NCBI GenBank assembly: GCA_015232485.1
Contig: JADFZP010000002.1
Span: 1 to 30,990, forward strand
Direction of reading: 5' to 3'
From: Alphaproteobacteria bacterium
GTDB taxonomy: Bacteria > Pseudomonadota > Alphaproteobacteria > Rhodospirillales > Magnetospirillaceae
DNA length: 30,990 bases
Shown here: piece after piece, positions 8,142 to 21,113 of the stretch
Layout: each line of letters starts with the position of its first letter
Numbering within the stretch: position 1 is the stretch's first letter
Made by a program: the position numbers and the translations under genes
The notes under the pieces: generated by a model
Database searches by the model: none
Seen by the model: the letters and a program-made list of their open reading frames with translations, nothing else
What the model was told of the DNA's origin: nothing

Positions 8142-9656
8142 CTAGCGCGCCGCCACGTGCAGCGGATCGCCCGAGGCCAGCGCCAGTTCGTATTTCTGGA
8201 TCAGGTTCTCGATCGAGGCATGCATGGGGTTCAGGAACGACGACGGATAGATGCCCATCCACAGCACCACTAGGATCAGCGGGGCGAACACCGCCACCTC
8301 GCGCCGATTAAGGTCGAGGATGGTCTTCAAGTCCTCGCGGGTCAGCTTTCCGAAGATCACCCGGCGGTAGAGATACAGCATGTAGGCCGCCCCCAACACC
8401 AATCCGCTGGCGGCGAAGAACGCCACCCAGGTGTTGACCTGGAACACGCCCAAGAGGACCAGGAACTCGCCCACGAAGCCCGAGGTGCCGGGCAGCCCGA
8501 CCGAGGCCAGCGTGAACAGCATGAACACCAGGGCATAGACCGGCATTCGGTTGACCAAGCCGCCGTAGCGGGCGATCTCGCGGGTGTGCATGCGGTCATA
8601 GACCACGCCGACGCACAGGAACAAGGCGCCCGACACGATGCCGTGGCTGAGCATCTGGAACATCGCCCCTTCCAGCCCCTGCACCGTCATCGAGAACACG
8701 CCGATCGTCACGTAACCCATGTGGGCCACCGACGAATAGGCGATCAGCTTCTTCATGTCGTCTTGCACCAGCGCCACCAGCGAGGTGTAGATCACCGCCA
8801 CCACCGACAGCGTGAACACCAGCGGCGCGAAGAACTCGGAGGCCAGCGGGAACATCGGCACCGAGAACCGCAGGAAGCCGTATCCGCCCATTTTCAGCAG
8901 CACGCCGGCCAGGATCACCGAGCCCGCCGTGGGCGCCTCGACATGCGCGTCGGGCAACCAGGTGTGGACCGGCCACATCGGCACCTTGACCGCGAAGGAC
9001 GCGAAGAAGGCCAGCCACAGCCAAGTCTGCATGGCGCGCGGGAAGGTGTGGGCCATCAGCGCCGGAATGTCGGTGGTGCCGGCCTGCTGGTACATGGCCA
9101 GCATGGCGATCAGCATCAGCACCGAGCCGAGCAGCGTGTAGAGGAAGAACTTGAAGGCCGCGTAGACCCGCCGGCCACCGCCCCACACGCCGATGATGAT
9201 GAACATCGGGATCAGCACGCCTTCGAAGAAGACGTAGAAGATGACGAGGTCGAGCGCCGCGAACATGCCGACCATCATGGTCTCGAGGACCAGGAAGGCG
9301 ATCATGTACTCCTTCACCCGCTTGGTGACGGCGCCGAAGCTCGACAGGATGCAAAGCGGCGTGAGGAAGGTCGCCAGCAGGACGAAGAACAGCGAGATGC
9401 CGTCGATGCCCATGTGATAGCTGATCGACAGACCGGGCAGCCACGCGGCGCGCTCTTCGAACTGGAAGTTCGACGTGTTGGGGTCGAAATTCGACCACAG
9501 CAGCAGCGAAACCAGGAAGGTCGCCACCGAGGTGAGCAGCGCGACGCTGCGCGCGTTGCGCGTCACCACGCCTGCGTCGCCGCGGATGGGGAGGATGAAC
9601 GCCGCTCCGACCAGAGGCAGGAACGTGACGATAGTCAGCAGGGGCCAATCGCTCAT
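8142..9656 (-). CDS. nuoM: NADH-quinone oxidoreductase subunit M
   Basis: [45 protein letters not shown]. Confidence 0.97.
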   Translation of the reverse strand: MSDWPLLTIVTFLPLVGAAFILPIRGDAGVVTRNARSVALLTSVATFLVSLLLWSNFDPNTSNFQFEERAAWLPGLSISYHMGIDGISLFFVLLATFLTPLCILSSFGAVTKRVKEYMIAFLVLETMMVGMFAALDLVIFYVFFEGVLIPMFIIIGVWGGGRRVYAAFKFFLYTLLGSVLMLIAMLAMYQQAGTTDIPALMAHTFPRAMQTWLWLAFFASFAVKVPMWPVHTWLPDAHVEAPTAGSVILAGVLLKMGGYGFLRFSVPMFPLASEFFAPLVFTLSVVAVIYTSLVALVQDDMKKLIAYSSVAHMGYVTIGVFSMTVQGLEGAMFQMLSHGIVSGALFLCVGVVYDRMHTREIARYGGLVNRMPVYALVFMLFTLASVGLPGTSGFVGEFLVLLGVFQVNTWVAFFAASGLVLGAAYMLYLYRRVIFGKLTREDLKTILDLNRREVAVFAPLILVVLWMGIYPSSFLNPMHASIENLIQKYELALASGDPLHVAAR

Positions 9657-9663
9657 GGCTGCC

Positions 9664-11595
9664 TCAACCCATCCTAATAATGAACCAGGTGACGAAGCTC
9701 GCGACGCCGATCAGCATGGCGAAGGCGTAGTGGTAGAGATAGCCGGTCTGCATCCGGCCAAGCCGCCGCGCGATGTCGCGGCTGGCCGAGGCGACCCCGT
9801 CGGGGCCGATCCCGTCGATCACCGCGCCATCGCCGCTCTTCCACAGACCGCGGCCGAGCGCGAAGGCGGGCTTCACGAACAGCATCCCGTACAACTCGTC
9901 GAAGTACCACTTGTTGAGAAAGAAGCGGTAGATCGGGCCGAACAGCGAGGCCAGCAGACCGGGCACGCCCGGCGCGAAGACGTAGAGCAGCACGCCCGTT
10001 CCGATGCCCGCCACCGCCACCGTGGTGCCGAGCATGCCCACCCAGCCGGGCAGATGATGCGCCGCCTCGATGGTGTCGTGGCCGGCCAGCACGACGATCG
10101 CGTCGCCCCAGAAGGCTTCGCGGAAATCGCCGATGAACCAGCCCTTGGCGACCAGACCGGCGAGCACCGCGCCCACCGCCAGCACGACCAGCGGCCCGAT
10201 CATCACCATCGGCGATTCGTGGACATGCGCCATGACGTGCTCGTTGGCGCGCGGCTTGCCGTGGAAGGTCAACACCAGCAGACGGGTCGAGTAGAACGCG
10301 GTCAGGAAGGCCGCCAGCGTGCCCATCCAGAAGGCGTAAGTGCCGGCCGCGCCTTGCGAGGCGTAGGCCGCCTCCAGGATCATGTGCTTCGAGTAGAAGC
10401 CGGCGAAGGGCGGAATGCCGGCCAGCGCGACGCTGCCCACCAGCATGAGGGCGTAGGTCCATTTGATGTGGCGCCAGATGCCGCCCATCCGACGGATGTC
10501 CTGCTCGTCGGACATCGCGTGGATCACCGAGCCGGCGCCGAGGAACAGCAGCGCCTTGAAGAAGGCGTGGGTCATCAGATGGAAGATCGCCGCCTCATAG
10601 GCCGAAACGCCGATCGCGAAGAACATGTAACCAAGCTGCGAGCAGGTCGAATAGGCGATGATCCGCTTGATGTCGTTCTGAACGCAGCCGACCGTCGCCG
10701 CGAAGATCGCGGTGGACGCGCCGACGATCGTCACCACCGTCAGCGCCGTTTCCGAATACTCGAACAGGGGCGACATGCGGGCGACCATGAACACGCCGGC
10801 GGTGACCATCGTCGCGGCATGGATCAGGGCCGAGACCGGGGTCGGGCCCTCCATCGCGTCGGGCAGCCAAGTGTGCAGGCCGAGCTGGGCCGACTTGCCC
10901 ATCGCGCCGACGAACAGCAGCAGGCTGATGATGGTCAAGGCGTGCCAGTCGGTGCCGAAGAAGGTCACCACCGCATCGGCCTTTTCGGGGCCGGCCGCGA
11001 AGATGACGTCGAATTGGACCGAGTCGAACAGGTAGTAGACGCCGAAGATGCCGAGCGCGAAGCCGAAATCACCCACCCGGTTGACCACGAAGGCCTTGAT
11101 CGCCGCCGCGTTGGCCGAGGGCTTTTCGTACCAGAAGCCGATCAGCAGATACGAGGCGAGGCCGACGCCCTCCCAGCCGAAGAACAGCTGGACCAGGTTG
11201 TCCGAGGTCACCAGCATCAGCATGAAGAAGGTGAACAGGCTGAGATAGGACTGGAAGCGGGCGATCGACGTGTCGTGGTGCATGTAGCCGATCGAGTAGA
11301 CGTGGACCATGAACGACACCCAGTTCACCACGATCAGCATGACCGCGGTGAGGGTGTCGATCTTCAAGGCCCAGCTGACGTCGAAGGTGCCCGACGAGAT
11401 CCAGTGCATCAGCGGCACCACGGCGGTGCCGCCGCCCAGGGCGATCTTGATGAAGACCGGCACCGACAGCATCGCCGAGACGCCGATCAGGCTGGTCGTC
11501 AGGATCTGGGCGCCCCGGTCGCCGACCCAGCGGCCGAACAATCCGGCGACGATCGCGCCGAGCAGGGGCAGGAAGACGATTGCGATGTAGACCAT
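9664..11595 (-). CDS. nuoL: NADH-quinone oxidoreductase subunit L
   Basis: [50 protein letters not shown] 11595 (GAGGGG SD) preferred over TTG 11601. Confidence 0.97.
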   Translation of the reverse strand: MVYIAIVFLPLLGAIVAGLFGRWVGDRGAQILTTSLIGVSAMLSVPVFIKIALGGGTAVVPLMHWISSGTFDVSWALKIDTLTAVMLIVVNWVSFMVHVYSIGYMHHDTSIARFQSYLSLFTFFMLMLVTSDNLVQLFFGWEGVGLASYLLIGFWYEKPSANAAAIKAFVVNRVGDFGFALGIFGVYYLFDSVQFDVIFAAGPEKADAVVTFFGTDWHALTIISLLLFVGAMGKSAQLGLHTWLPDAMEGPTPVSALIHAATMVTAGVFMVARMSPLFEYSETALTVVTIVGASTAIFAATVGCVQNDIKRIIAYSTCSQLGYMFFAIGVSAYEAAIFHLMTHAFFKALLFLGAGSVIHAMSDEQDIRRMGGIWRHIKWTYALMLVGSVALAGIPPFAGFYSKHMILEAAYASQGAAGTYAFWMGTLAAFLTAFYSTRLLVLTFHGKPRANEHVMAHVHESPMVMIGPLVVLAVGAVLAGLVAKGWFIGDFREAFWGDAIVVLAGHDTIEAAHHLPGWVGMLGTTVAVAGIGTGVLLYVFAPGVPGLLASLFGPIYRFFLNKWYFDELYGMLFVKPAFALGRGLWKSGDGAVIDGIGPDGVASASRDIARRLGRMQTGYLYHYAFAMLIGVASFVTWFIIRMG

Positions 11596-11597
11596 CT

Positions 11598-11909
11598 TCA
11601 ACCCCTCATCTGGCTGATTTCCTCGACGGCGATGGTCCCCTTGTTACGGAAGAAGACCACGACGATGGCGAGCCCGATGGCCGCCTCGGCCGCCGCGACG
11701 GTGAGCACGAACATGGTGAAGACCTGGCCCACGAGGTCGCCCAGATGGCTGGAAAACGCCACGAGGTTCAAGTTGACCGCGAGCAGCATCAGCTCGACCG
11801 ACATCAGGATGATGATGACGTTCTTCCGATTGAGGAAGATGCCGAACACCCCGGTGGTGAACAAGATCGCCGCCACCGTCAGGTAATGCGCGAGACCGAC
11901 CTGGAGCAT
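11598..11909 (-). CDS. nuoK: NADH-quinone oxidoreductase subunit K
   Basis: [32 protein letters not shown]. Confidence 0.97.
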   Translation of the reverse strand: MLQVGLAHYLTVAAILFTTGVFGIFLNRKNVIIILMSVELMLLAVNLNLVAFSSHLGDLVGQVFTMFVLTVAAAEAAIGLAIVVVFFRNKGTIAVEEISQMRG

Positions 11910-12521
11910 TTAGATGCCTCCCCCACTGGGAATCTTGCGCACTTCAAGGGTGTCCTTGGCGCTGCGCGCCAACTGATCGGCGACCACCTGCTTGCGAACG
12001 CCGGGGCGCTGCCGCAGCGTCAGCAGAATGGTGCCGATCATCGCCACCAGCAGGATCACGCCCGCCGCCTGGAACAGATAAAGGTACTGGGTGTAGAGCA
12101 CCCGGCCGAGCGCCTCGGTGTTGTTCATGGTCTGCGCGTCGGGAGTCGGCGCGGCGAGGCCGGCGGCGATCTCGGGCGCGAAGGCCCACGAGCCGAACAC
12201 CATGACCAGCTCGACCAGCAGCACCAGCCCGACCAGCGCGCCGATCGGCAGGTATTGCAGGAAACCCTCCCTGAACTTCAGGAAGTTGATGTCCAGCATC
12301 ATCACCACGAACAGGAACAGCACCGCCACCGCGCCGACATAGACGATGACCAGGACCATCGCCAGGAACTCGGCGCCGAGCAGCAGGAACAGGCCCGCCG
12401 CGTTGAAGAACACCATGATCAGGAAGAGAACGGAATGGACCGGGTTGCGCGCCGAGATCACCATGACCCCGCCGGCCACCGCGAGGGCCGCGAAAACATA
12501 GAACATGATGGCCGGGATCAT
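11910..12521 (-). CDS. nuoJ: NADH-quinone oxidoreductase subunit J
   Basis: NPVHSVLFL, VYVGAVAVLFLFVVMML. Confidence 0.97.
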   Translation of the reverse strand: MIPAIMFYVFAALAVAGGVMVISARNPVHSVLFLIMVFFNAAGLFLLLGAEFLAMVLVIVYVGAVAVLFLFVVMMLDINFLKFREGFLQYLPIGALVGLVLLVELVMVFGSWAFAPEIAAGLAAPTPDAQTMNNTEALGRVLYTQYLYLFQAAGVILLVAMIGTILLTLRQRPGVRKQVVADQLARSAKDTLEVRKIPSGGGI

Positions 12522-12574
12522 GCGTCCCCCTGCCCGGCCGTGCCGGGTCGTCCTGCGAAAGCGTTCGGCGTCAT
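12518..12574 (-). CDS. Putative 18-aa small ORF (MTPNAFAGRPGTAGQGDA) between nuoI and nuoJ
   Basis: ATG 12574, 16 nt after the nuoI stop, preceded by GGGGGACGGGACGCCC; its TGA overlaps the nuoJ ATG (ATGA). Below the ORF-track length cutoff. Confidence 0.3.
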   Translation of the reverse strand: MTPNAFAGRPGTAGQGDA

Positions 12575-12590
12575 GGGCGTCCCGTCCCCC

Positions 12591-13079
12591 TCAGCGGTAA
12601 GGCGCGTCGGCCGCGATGCGCGCGGCCAGTTCGGATTCCCAGCGGTCGCCATTGGCGAGAAGCCGCTGCTTGTCATACATCAACTCGGCCCGCGTCTCGG
12701 TGGCGAACTCGAAGTTCGGCCCCTCGACGATGGCGTCGACCGGGCAGGATTCCTGGCACAGGCCGCAATAGATGCACTTGGTCATGTCGATGTCGTAGCG
12801 ACGCGTGCGGCGCGAGCCGTCGTCGCGCGGCTCGGCCTCGATGGTGATGGCCAGCGCCGGGCACACCGCCTCGCACAGCTTGCAGGCGATGCAGCGTTCC
12901 TCGCCGTTGGGATAGCGACGCAACGCGTGCTCGCCACGGAAGCGCGGCGACAGCGGCCCCTTTTCATGGGGGTAGTTGATCGTCACCTTGGGCTTGAACA
13001 TGTAGCGCAGCGTCAGGGCCAAGCCCTGAAGCAGCTCGACAAGCAGGAAAGCCCTGGCGGTGCGGTCGATAAAGGACAT
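12591..13079 (-). CDS. nuoI: NADH-quinone oxidoreductase subunit I
   Basis: Two 4Fe-4S motifs, [12 protein letters not shown] and [12 protein letters not shown]. Confidence 0.97.
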   Translation of the reverse strand: MSFIDRTARAFLLVELLQGLALTLRYMFKPKVTINYPHEKGPLSPRFRGEHALRRYPNGEERCIACKLCEAVCPALAITIEAEPRDDGSRRTRRYDIDMTKCIYCGLCQESCPVDAIVEGPNFEFATETRAELMYDKQRLLANGDRWESELAARIAADAPYR

Positions 13080-13095
13080 CGTCGTCACCCTCTCG

Positions 13096-14106
13096 TCACT
13101 TCGGCACCCAGCCGGTGGCCGTCAGCACACCGGCGGTCAACACCAGCCAGCCCAGCGAGAACGGCAGGAACACCTTCCAGCCCAGGCGCATGAGCTGGTC
13201 GTAGCGGTAGCGCGGGAAGGTCGCGCGAACCCACAGGAAACCGAACAGCAGGAAGGCGATCTTCGCGCCGAACCAGATGATGCCGGGAATCCAGGTGAAC
13301 GGCGCGATGCCGAAGGGGGCCTGCCAGCCGCCCAGGAACAGGATGGCGCCCATGGCGCTCATCAGGATCATGTTGGCGTATTCGCCCAGGAAGAACAGGG
13401 CGAAGGTCATCGCCGAATATTCGACGTTGTAGCCCGACACCAGTTCGGCCTCGGCCTCGGGCAGATCGAACGGCGAGCGGTTGGTCTCGGCCAAGGCCGA
13501 GATGAAGAAGATCACGAACAGCGGCAGATGCGGCACCACGAACCACAGCTTCTCCTGCGCCCGCACCACGTCCGAGAGGTTCAGCGACCCCACCGAGAGC
13601 AGCACCGAAATCAGCACGAAGCCGATCGACACCTCGTAGGACACCATCTGCGCCGCCGAGCGCAGGCCGCCCAGGAAGGCGTATTTCGAGTTCGACGCCC
13701 AGCCGGCCATGATGATGCCGTAGACGCCCAAGGACGAGATGGCGAACAGGTACAGGATGCCGACATTGATGTCGGCCAGCACCATGCCCTCCTGGAACGG
13801 GATCACCGCCCAGGCCACCAGACTGAGAATGAAGGTGAGCAGCGGCGCCACGATGAACACCGCCCGGTTGGCCCCGGTCGGCAGCACCGTTTCCTTGAGG
13901 AACAGCTTGGCGCCGTCGCAGATCGGTTGCAGCAAGCCGAAGGGGCCGACCACGTTGGGTCCCTTCCGCAACTGCATCGCGCCGATCACCTTGCGCTCGG
14001 CATAGGTGAGATAGGCGACCGACAGCAGCAAAGGCAGCACGATCGCGACGATCTTCAGGACGATGATTATCGTCGGGAAGAGATAGACTTGCCAGATCTC
14101 AGCCAT
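13096..14106 (-). CDS. nuoH: NADH-quinone oxidoreductase subunit H
   Basis: [51 protein letters not shown]. Confidence 0.97.
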   Translation of the reverse strand: MAEIWQVYLFPTIIIVLKIVAIVLPLLLSVAYLTYAERKVIGAMQLRKGPNVVGPFGLLQPICDGAKLFLKETVLPTGANRAVFIVAPLLTFILSLVAWAVIPFQEGMVLADINVGILYLFAISSLGVYGIIMAGWASNSKYAFLGGLRSAAQMVSYEVSIGFVLISVLLSVGSLNLSDVVRAQEKLWFVVPHLPLFVIFFISALAETNRSPFDLPEAEAELVSGYNVEYSAMTFALFFLGEYANMILMSAMGAILFLGGWQAPFGIAPFTWIPGIIWFGAKIAFLLFGFLWVRATFPRYRYDQLMRLGWKVFLPFSLGWLVLTAGVLTATGWVPK

Positions 14107-16162
14107 GGGTTCCCGTCTTCCCCTCCTGGCCCCGCACGAACACAGCCGTACATTCCGCCATCGTCTTCGAGGCGCGGCTGATCGGGTCGGTCATGTAATA
14201 GTTGGCGATCGGCGATTCGAAGCCCCCGGGCGCCACCGCGCCGGCCGCGCCGAAGGCGCCCCAGGCGGCGGGATCGATCCGGTCGGCCGCGCCGAAGACG
14301 GGGTTGACCGCCTTCATCCGCTCGCGGAGTTGCTCGATGGTGTCGTAGGGCAAGGCCTGATCCAGCGTCTCGGACAGCGCCCGGACGATCTTCCAGTCCT
14401 CGCGCGCCTCGCCGGGCGGCGTCACCGCCATGCGGGTGCGCTGCACGCGCCCCTCGGTGTTGACGTAGGTGGCGTTCTTCTCGGTATAGGCCGCGCCCGG
14501 CAGCACCACGTCGGCGCGGTGGGCGCCGTGGTCGCCGTGATGGCCCTGATAGATCACGAAGGCGTCGCCGAACCCGCCCATGTCCAGTTCGTCGGCGCCC
14601 AGCAGCCAGACCACCTTGATCTCGCCGGCCCGCGCCGCGTCCTGGATGCCGGCCACGTCGCGCCCGCCCGGCCCCGGCAGGAAGCCGAGATCGAGGCCGC
14701 CGACCCGGCCGGCCGCGTAATGCAGCATGCCGAAGCCGTTCCAGCCGTCCTTGACCACGCCCAGCGACAGGGCCGCCTGACGGGCCATGGCCAGCACCGC
14801 GGCGCCGTCGGGCCGCGTCAGCGCCCCCTGCCCGATCACCAGCATCGGCCGTTGGGCGTTCTTCAACACGGCGGCGAAGGGATGGCGTCCGGCGGCGATT
14901 TCGGCCAGCACGCCCGAGTCGTTGCCAAGATCCTGGACGCCGTAGGTCAGGTTGGCGTTGGGTCCGATCACCGCGATCGGCAAGCCGTTGCGCACCCAGC
15001 CCTTGCGGATGCGGGCGTTGAGCAGCGGCGCCTCGCGGCGCGGATCGGTGCCGACCAGCAGCAGCGCGTCGGCCTGCTCGATCCCGGCGATGGTCGGGTT
15101 GAACAGGTAGCCGGCGCGCACCGCGGCGTCGATCTTGGCGCCATCCTGGCGGCAATCGAGATTGGCCGAGCCCAGGCGGCCCATCAGATCCTTGAGCGCC
15201 GTCATCGATTCGCAGTCGGCGAGATCGCCGGCGATCGCAGCTATCGCCGAGCCGGGCAGGCCCTTGAGGCGCGAAGCGATGGCGGCGAAGACCTCGCCCC
15301 AACCGGCCGGGCGCAGGCGCCCGCCTTCGCGCAGATAGGGCCGATCGAGCCGCTGGCGCTTCAAGCCGTCATTGGCGAAGCGCGACTTGTCGCCCAGCCA
15401 CTCCTCGTTCACGTCGTCGTTGGTGCGCGGCAGCACGCGCATCACCGCGCCACCCCGCGCGTCGATCCGAATCGCCGCTCCGACCGCGTCGTGAACGTCG
15501 ATGCTGTCGGTCTTGCGCAGTTCCCAGGGCCGCGCCAGGAAGGCGTAGGGCCGGCTGGTCAGGGCGCCGACGGGGCACAGGTCGATGATGTTGCCGGACA
15601 GCTCGCTGCTCAGCGCCTTCTCGACATAGGTGGTGACCTCCATGTTCTCGCCGCGCGAGGTGGCGCCCAGTTCGGGAACCCCGGCGACCTCGGTCATGAA
15701 GCGGATGCAGCGCGTGCAATGGATGCAGCGGGTCATCCAGGTCTTGATCAGCGGGCCGAAATCCTTGTCCTTGACCGCCCGCTTGCCCTCGGCGTAGCGG
15801 CTGCGGTCGAAGCCATAGGCCATCGCCTGATCCTGCAGATCGCACTCGCCGCCCTGATCGCAGATCGGGCAGTCGAGCGGATGGTTGATCAGCAGGAATT
15901 CCATCACGCCCTTGCGGGCCTTCTGGACGGCCGGGGTGGTGGTGCGCACCACCATGCCCTCGGCCACCGGCATGGCGCACGAGGCCACCGGCTTGGGCGA
16001 CTTCTCGACCTCGACCAGACACATGCGGCAATTGCCGGCGATCTGGAGTCGCTCGTGATAGCAGAAGCGGGGAATCTCGACGCCGACCGACTCGGCGGCC
16101 TGCAGGATGGTCGCGCCCGCCTCGACCTCGGTCTCGATTCCGTCGATGGTCAGCTTGGTCAT
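14099..16162 (-). CDS. nuoG: NADH-quinone oxidoreductase subunit G, 687 aa
   Basis: [10 protein letters not shown]...[35 protein letters not shown]; ATG 16162 after GGAGGGG. Confidence 0.97.
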   Translation of the reverse strand: MTKLTIDGIETEVEAGATILQAAESVGVEIPRFCYHERLQIAGNCRMCLVEVEKSPKPVASCAMPVAEGMVVRTTTPAVQKARKGVMEFLLINHPLDCPICDQGGECDLQDQAMAYGFDRSRYAEGKRAVKDKDFGPLIKTWMTRCIHCTRCIRFMTEVAGVPELGATSRGENMEVTTYVEKALSSELSGNIIDLCPVGALTSRPYAFLARPWELRKTDSIDVHDAVGAAIRIDARGGAVMRVLPRTNDDVNEEWLGDKSRFANDGLKRQRLDRPYLREGGRLRPAGWGEVFAAIASRLKGLPGSAIAAIAGDLADCESMTALKDLMGRLGSANLDCRQDGAKIDAAVRAGYLFNPTIAGIEQADALLLVGTDPRREAPLLNARIRKGWVRNGLPIAVIGPNANLTYGVQDLGNDSGVLAEIAAGRHPFAAVLKNAQRPMLVIGQGALTRPDGAAVLAMARQAALSLGVVKDGWNGFGMLHYAAGRVGGLDLGFLPGPGGRDVAGIQDAARAGEIKVVWLLGADELDMGGFGDAFVIYQGHHGDHGAHRADVVLPGAAYTEKNATYVNTEGRVQRTRMAVTPPGEAREDWKIVRALSETLDQALPYDTIEQLRERMKAVNPVFGAADRIDPAAWGAFGAAGAVAPGGFESPIANYYMTDPISRASKTMAECTAVFVRGQEGKTGTHG

Positions 16163-16170
16163 GTCCCCTC

Positions 16171-17457
16171 CTAGGCCGCCCGGCCGCGCGCGGAACGGTA
16201 TTCCTCGATGCGGCGCTCCATCTCCGGCCGGAAGTGCCGGATCAGGCCCTGGATCGGCCAGGCCGCCGCGTCGCCGAGCGCGCAGATCGTGTGACCCTCG
16301 ATCTGCTTCGAGACGTCCTCGAGCATGTCGATTTCCTCGACGGTGGCGTTGCCCACCGTGATTCGCTCCATGATGCGCCACATCCAGCCGGTGCCTTCGC
16401 GGCATGGCGTGCACTGGCCGCAACTTTCATGCTTGTAGAAGCGGGCCAGCCGGGTGATGGCGCGGACGACGTCGGTCGACTTGTCCATCACCATGACGCC
16501 CGCCGTGCCCAGCCCCGAGCGGACGTCGCGTAGCGAGTCGAAGTCCATCAGCACGGTGTCGCAGATCTCGCGCGGCAGGATCGGGACCGAGGCGCCGCCG
16601 GGAATGACGCCCAGCAGGTTGTTCCAGCCGCCACGCACCCCGCCCGCGTGCTTCTCGATCAATTCCTTGAGCGGAATGCCCATCTCCTCTTCCACGTTGC
16701 ACGGCTTGTTCACGTGGCCGGAGATGCAGAAGATCTTGGTGCCGACATTGCGCGGCCGGCCCAGCCCGGCGAACCAGGCGGCGCCGCGGCGCAGGATGGT
16801 GGGCGCCACCGCGATCGATTCGACGTTGTTGACCGTGGTCGGGCAGCCATACAGGCCCATGCCGGCCGGGAACGGCGGCTTGAGGCGCGGCTGGCCCTTC
16901 TTGCCTTCCAGGCTTTCGATCAGCGCGGTCTCTTCGCCGCACACATAGGCGCCGGCGCCGCGATGGACGTAAAGCTCGAAATCCCAGCCCGAGCCGCAGG
17001 CGTTCGGGCCGATCAGCCCGGCCTCGCGCGCCTCGTCGATCGCCGCTTGCAGGTTCTGCGCCTCGCGGACGAATTCGCCGCGGATGTAGATGTACGAGGC
17101 GTGGGCGCCGATCGCGAAGCTGGCGATCAGGGCGCCCTCGACCAGCTTGTGCGGGTCGAAGCGCATGACCTCGCGGTCCTTGCAGGTGCCCGGCTCGCCC
17201 TCGTCGGCGTTGATCACCAGATAATGCGGACGCGCGCCCTGCTCCTTGGGCATGAACGACCACTTGACGCCGGTCGGGAAGCCGGCGCCACCGCGGCCGC
17301 GCAGACCCGATTCCTTCATCTGGTCGATGATCCAGTCGCGGCCCTTGCCAAGGATCTCCTTGGTGCCGTCCCAGTCGCCGCGGGCGCGGGCGCCGGCCAA
17401 GCGCCAATCGCCCAGGCCATAGAGATTGGTGAAGATGCGGTCCTGGTCGCGCAGCAT
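16171..17457 (-). CDS. nuoF: NADH-quinone oxidoreductase subunit F
   Basis: [50 protein letters not shown]. Confidence 0.97.
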   Translation of the reverse strand: MLRDQDRIFTNLYGLGDWRLAGARARGDWDGTKEILGKGRDWIIDQMKESGLRGRGGAGFPTGVKWSFMPKEQGARPHYLVINADEGEPGTCKDREVMRFDPHKLVEGALIASFAIGAHASYIYIRGEFVREAQNLQAAIDEAREAGLIGPNACGSGWDFELYVHRGAGAYVCGEETALIESLEGKKGQPRLKPPFPAGMGLYGCPTTVNNVESIAVAPTILRRGAAWFAGLGRPRNVGTKIFCISGHVNKPCNVEEEMGIPLKELIEKHAGGVRGGWNNLLGVIPGGASVPILPREICDTVLMDFDSLRDVRSGLGTAGVMVMDKSTDVVRAITRLARFYKHESCGQCTPCREGTGWMWRIMERITVGNATVEEIDMLEDVSKQIEGHTICALGDAAAWPIQGLIRHFRPEMERRIEEYRSARGRAA

Positions 17458-18062
17458 CACTGTTTCCCCTTCGACTCGATGTCGCCCAGCGTGGTCGGCC
17501 CGCCCACCGGGGCGGAGAACTGCCGGTCGATCTGTGGACCGGGCTTGGGCCGCTCGCCGCGCTTGATGGTGTCGAGGATGCGCGCCACGCTTTCGGCGTC
17601 GAGGTCCTCGTAGTAGTCGTCGCCGATCTGCATCATCGGCGCGTTGACGCAGGCGCCCAGGCACTCGACTTCGGACAGGGTGAAGCGGCCGTCGGCCGTG
17701 GTTTCGCCGAAATCGACGCCCAGCGTCTTCTTGCAGGCGTGCGCCACCTCGTCGGAGCCGCGCAGCCAGCACGGCAGGTTGGTGCAGACCTGGACGTGGT
17801 GCTCGCCAACCGGCTTCAACTGGAACATCGAATAGAAGGTGGCGACCTCGTAGACCCGGATCGGCGGCATCGACAGCATGGTGGCGACATGGTCCATCGC
17901 CGCCTTGCTGACCCAGCCTTCCTGGCGCTGGGCGAGATCGAGCAACGGCATCACCGCGCTGCGCTGGCGCCCCTGCGGGTATTTGGCGATCGCCGCCTGG
18001 GCCAGGGCCTTGTTGGCCTCGGTGAAGGCGAAGGTGGCCGGCTGGAAATCTTGTTCACTCAT
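17457..18062 (-). CDS. nuoE: NADH-quinone oxidoreductase subunit E
   Basis: C-terminal part of track ORF 17457-18890: [31 protein letters not shown]. Confidence 0.96.
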   Translation of the reverse strand: MSEQDFQPATFAFTEANKALAQAAIAKYPQGRQRSAVMPLLDLAQRQEGWVSKAAMDHVATMLSMPPIRVYEVATFYSMFQLKPVGEHHVQVCTNLPCWLRGSDEVAHACKKTLGVDFGETTADGRFTLSEVECLGACVNAPMMQIGDDYYEDLDAESVARILDTIKRGERPKPGPQIDRQFSAPVGGPTTLGDIESKGKQ

Positions 18063-19237
18063 CGGTCGATCTCGCCGAAAACGATGTCGATGGAGCCGAT
18101 GATCGCCACCACGTCGGCCAGCATGTGGCCCCTGGACATGAAGTCCAGCCCTTGCAGGTGAACATATCCCGGCGAGCGGATCTTGCAGCGATACGGCTTG
18201 TTGGTGCCATCCGAGACCAGATACACCGCGAACTCGCCCTTGGGCGCCTCGGTGGCCGTGTAGGTCTCGCCGGCCGGCACGTGGTAACCCTCGGTGAACA
18301 GCTTGAAGTGATGGATCAGGGCCTCCATCGAACGCTTCATTTCGGCGCGCGGCGGCGGGCTGACCTTGCGGTCGTCCAGGCGGTGCGGGCCGGAGGGCAT
18401 CTTCTGGATGGCCTGGCGCATGATCTTGACCGATTCGCGCATCTCGACCATGCGGATCAGATAGCGGTCGTAACAGTCGCCATGCTTGGTGATCGGAATG
18501 TCGAAATCCATGTCGGGATAGGCGTCGTAGGGCTGCGCCTTGCGCAAATCCCAGGGGACGCCGCAGGCCCGCAGATTGGGTCCGGTAAAGCCCCAGTCGA
18601 GCGCCTGCTCCAAGGTCACGGTGCCGATATCCACGGTGCGCTGCTTGAAGATGCGGTTCTCGGTGACCAGAGTCTCCATGTCGTCGAGCACCTTGGGGAA
18701 GGTGTCGCAGAACGACAGGATGTCTTCGGCCAAACCGGCCGGCATGTCGGCCGCGACTCCGCCGGTGCGGAAGTAATTGGCGTGCATGCGGGCGCCCGAG
18801 ACGCGCTCGTAGAACTCCATCAGGATCTCGCGCTGCTCGAAGCCCCACAGCAGCGGGGTCATGCCGCCGACGTCCAGGACATAGGAGCAAACGTTGAGCA
18901 GATGGTTGATGAGCCGGCTGATCTCGGCGTAAAGCACGCGGATGTACTGGGCGCGCGGCGGCGCGGTGACGCCCAGCAGCTTCTCGACGGCGAGCACGAA
19001 GGAGTGCTCCATGTTCATCGGCGAGCAGTAATCCAGGCGATCGAAATAGGGCGTCGCCTGAAGATAGGTCTTGTGCTCGATCAGCTTCTCGGTGCCGCGA
19101 TGCAGCAGGCCGATATGCGGATCGGCCCGCTCGACCACCTCGCCGCCCATTTCCAGGATGAGGCGAAGCACGCCATGCGCGGCCGGATGCTGCGGCCCGA
19201 AATTGATGTTGTAGGTCTTGATCTGGGCCTCGGGCAT
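18059..19237 (-). CDS. nuoD: NADH-quinone oxidoreductase subunit D
   Basis: [43 protein letters not shown]. Confidence 0.97.
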   Translation of the reverse strand: MPEAQIKTYNINFGPQHPAAHGVLRLILEMGGEVVERADPHIGLLHRGTEKLIEHKTYLQATPYFDRLDYCSPMNMEHSFVLAVEKLLGVTAPPRAQYIRVLYAEISRLINHLLNVCSYVLDVGGMTPLLWGFEQREILMEFYERVSGARMHANYFRTGGVAADMPAGLAEDILSFCDTFPKVLDDMETLVTENRIFKQRTVDIGTVTLEQALDWGFTGPNLRACGVPWDLRKAQPYDAYPDMDFDIPITKHGDCYDRYLIRMVEMRESVKIMRQAIQKMPSGPHRLDDRKVSPPPRAEMKRSMEALIHHFKLFTEGYHVPAGETYTATEAPKGEFAVYLVSDGTNKPYRCKIRSPGYVHLQGLDFMSRGHMLADVVAIIGSIDIVFGEIDR

Positions 19238-19842
19238 CAGCTCTTCTCCGCCTTCTCGTCGCCGGGCAGGACCCTGGTCGCGCCTTCCCACGGGCTGAGG
19301 AAGTCGAACGAGCGGAATTCCTGGGTCAGCTTGACCGGCTCGTAGATCACGCGCTTTTGTTGGTCGTCGTAACGCAGCTCGACATAGCCGGTCAGCGGGA
19401 AATCCTTGCGCAGCGCGTGCCCCTCGAAACCATAGTCGCTGAGGATGCGGCGCAGATCGGGATGGTCGGAGAACAGCACCCCGAACATGTCCCAAACCTC
19501 GCGCTCGAACCAGATGGCGGTCGAGAAGACGCCGGTGCAGGACGGCACCGGGGTGTCCTCGTCGGTCGCCACTTTGACGCGGATGCGCTGGTTGTGCTTC
19601 ATGGCCAGCAGATTGTAGACCACCTCGAAGCGTTGCTCGCGCGCCGGCCAGTCGACCGCCGTGATGTCGACCAACTGCTTGAACAGGCAGTTGGCGTCGT
19701 CGCGCAGGAAGATCAGCACCTTGAGCAGCGAGGTGGCGCGCACCTCGATCCGCAGCTCGCCCAACGCCACGTCGGCCGACAGCACCTCTTGCGCGAGGGC
19801 GGCCGCGATGTAATCCCCAAGGTCTTTCAGCACTTGCGTCAT
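19237..19842 (-). CDS. nuoC: NADH-quinone oxidoreductase subunit C
   Basis: [32 protein letters not shown]. Confidence 0.96.
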   Translation of the reverse strand: MTQVLKDLGDYIAAALAQEVLSADVALGELRIEVRATSLLKVLIFLRDDANCLFKQLVDITAVDWPAREQRFEVVYNLLAMKHNQRIRVKVATDEDTPVPSCTGVFSTAIWFEREVWDMFGVLFSDHPDLRRILSDYGFEGHALRKDFPLTGYVELRYDDQQKRVIYEPVKLTQEFRSFDFLSPWEGATRVLPGDEKAEKS

Positions 19843-19867
19843 GATCGCTTCCAGCCGGTCTAAAGGG

Positions 19868-20404
19868 TCATCGCAGGATGGTCCCGGTACGCCGGATCTT
19901 CTTCTGGAGTTGCAGGATTCCGTAAAGCAGCGCCTCGGCGGTCGGCGGGCAGCCCGGCACGTAGATGTCGACGGGCACGATTCGATCGCAGCCCCGCACC
20001 ACCGCGTAGGAGTAGTGGTAATAGCCGCCGCCATTGGCGCACGAGCCCATCGAGATCACCCAGCGGGGCTCGGCCATCTGGTCGTAGACCTTGCGCAGGG
20101 CGGGCGCCATCTTGTTGGTCAGCGTGCCGGCGACGATCATCACGTCCGACTGCCGCGGGCTGGGCCGGAACACCACGCCGAAGCGGTCGAGGTCGTAGCG
20201 CGAACAGGCGGAATGAATCATCTCGACGGCGCAGCACGCCAAGCCGAAGGTCATCGGCCACATCGAGCCGGTGCGCGCCCAATTCACCAGCTTGTCGACA
20301 TTGGCCAGAACGAAGCCCTTGTCCTGAAGCTCGTCGGTCACGACCGAGAGAATGCGGTCCTGGTCTTGACCGGGCGGCACGGGCCGGCTTTCGGTCACTC
20401 CCAT
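19868..20404 (-). CDS. nuoB: NADH-quinone oxidoreductase subunit B
   Basis: [34 protein letters not shown]; start overlaps the end of nuoA. Confidence 0.96.
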   Translation of the reverse strand: MGVTESRPVPPGQDQDRILSVVTDELQDKGFVLANVDKLVNWARTGSMWPMTFGLACCAVEMIHSACSRYDLDRFGVVFRPSPRQSDVMIVAGTLTNKMAPALRKVYDQMAEPRWVISMGSCANGGGYYHYSYAVVRGCDRIVPVDIYVPGCPPTAEALLYGILQLQKKIRRTGTILR

Positions 20405-20760
20405 TCCAATGCTCCCTTCTTCCACTCGTAGATGAAGCCGATCGTCAGAACGCCCAGGAACGCCACCATCGACCAGAAGCCGAACACGCCGATGGCGCCC
20501 AGCGAAACCGCCCAGGGAAACAGGAAGGCGACTTCAAGGTCGAAGATGATGAACAGAATGGCGACGAGATAGAAGCGCACTTCGAATTTCGAGCGCGCGT
20601 CGTCGAAGGGCTCGAATCCGCATTCGTAGGGCGAATTCTTCTCGGTGTCGGGATGCTGCCGACCGATAAGCCAGGAAGCCGCCACGGCAATGCCGGCGAT
20701 GGCCATCGCGATGGCCAGGAAGATCAGGATCGGCAGGTACTCGCGAAGCAACGCTTCCAT
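20395..20760 (-). CDS. nuoA: NADH-quinone oxidoreductase subunit A
   Basis: [40 protein letters not shown]. Confidence 0.97.
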   Translation of the reverse strand: MEALLREYLPILIFLAIAMAIAGIAVAASWLIGRQHPDTEKNSPYECGFEPFDDARSKFEVRFYLVAILFIIFDLEVAFLFPWAVSLGAIGVFGFWSMVAFLGVLTIGFIYEWKKGALEWE

Positions 20761-20982
20761 AGGCTGCCCTTTCAGATGACCAGAACGTCGCGGTTCAAGA
20801 AGGCCGAAGCGGCAGAGGTGCCCCACTTCGCGGACGGCGCTCCGAGCCTAGTCATATGACCCGCCGGCCCGCCGAATGGAAGGGAACGAAATCAACCGAG
20901 TACGACCGCGCGACGCCTCCATCATTCCGTAGTCCGATTGCGCGCGGAACCATCCCAATCGATGTGCGCCACAATGCGCGGA

Positions 20983-21059
<77 letters not shown>

Positions 21060-21084
21060 TGAGGTAAACCCCCGCGGGTGGCTC

Positions 21085-21113
21085 CATGTAATCCACGGCC
21101 GCGGGCCTGTCAA
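21085..21113 (-). promoter_or_regulatory. Putative sigma70 promoter for tRNA-Asp
   Basis: TTGACA-N17-TACATG; perfect -35, ending 26 nt before the tRNA 5' end. Confidence 0.55.

Noticed and set aside
6678-20760. Fusions, frameshifts or inteins in nuo, lon or clp genes
   Set aside because: All subunits are separate, of ordinary length and carry intact motifs; the long track ORFs for nuoD, E, F and G only reflect upstream in-frame starts.
20882-20895. FNR/FnrL box upstream of nuoA
   Set aside because: Only the ATCAA half-site is present; there is no TTGAT partner at N4.
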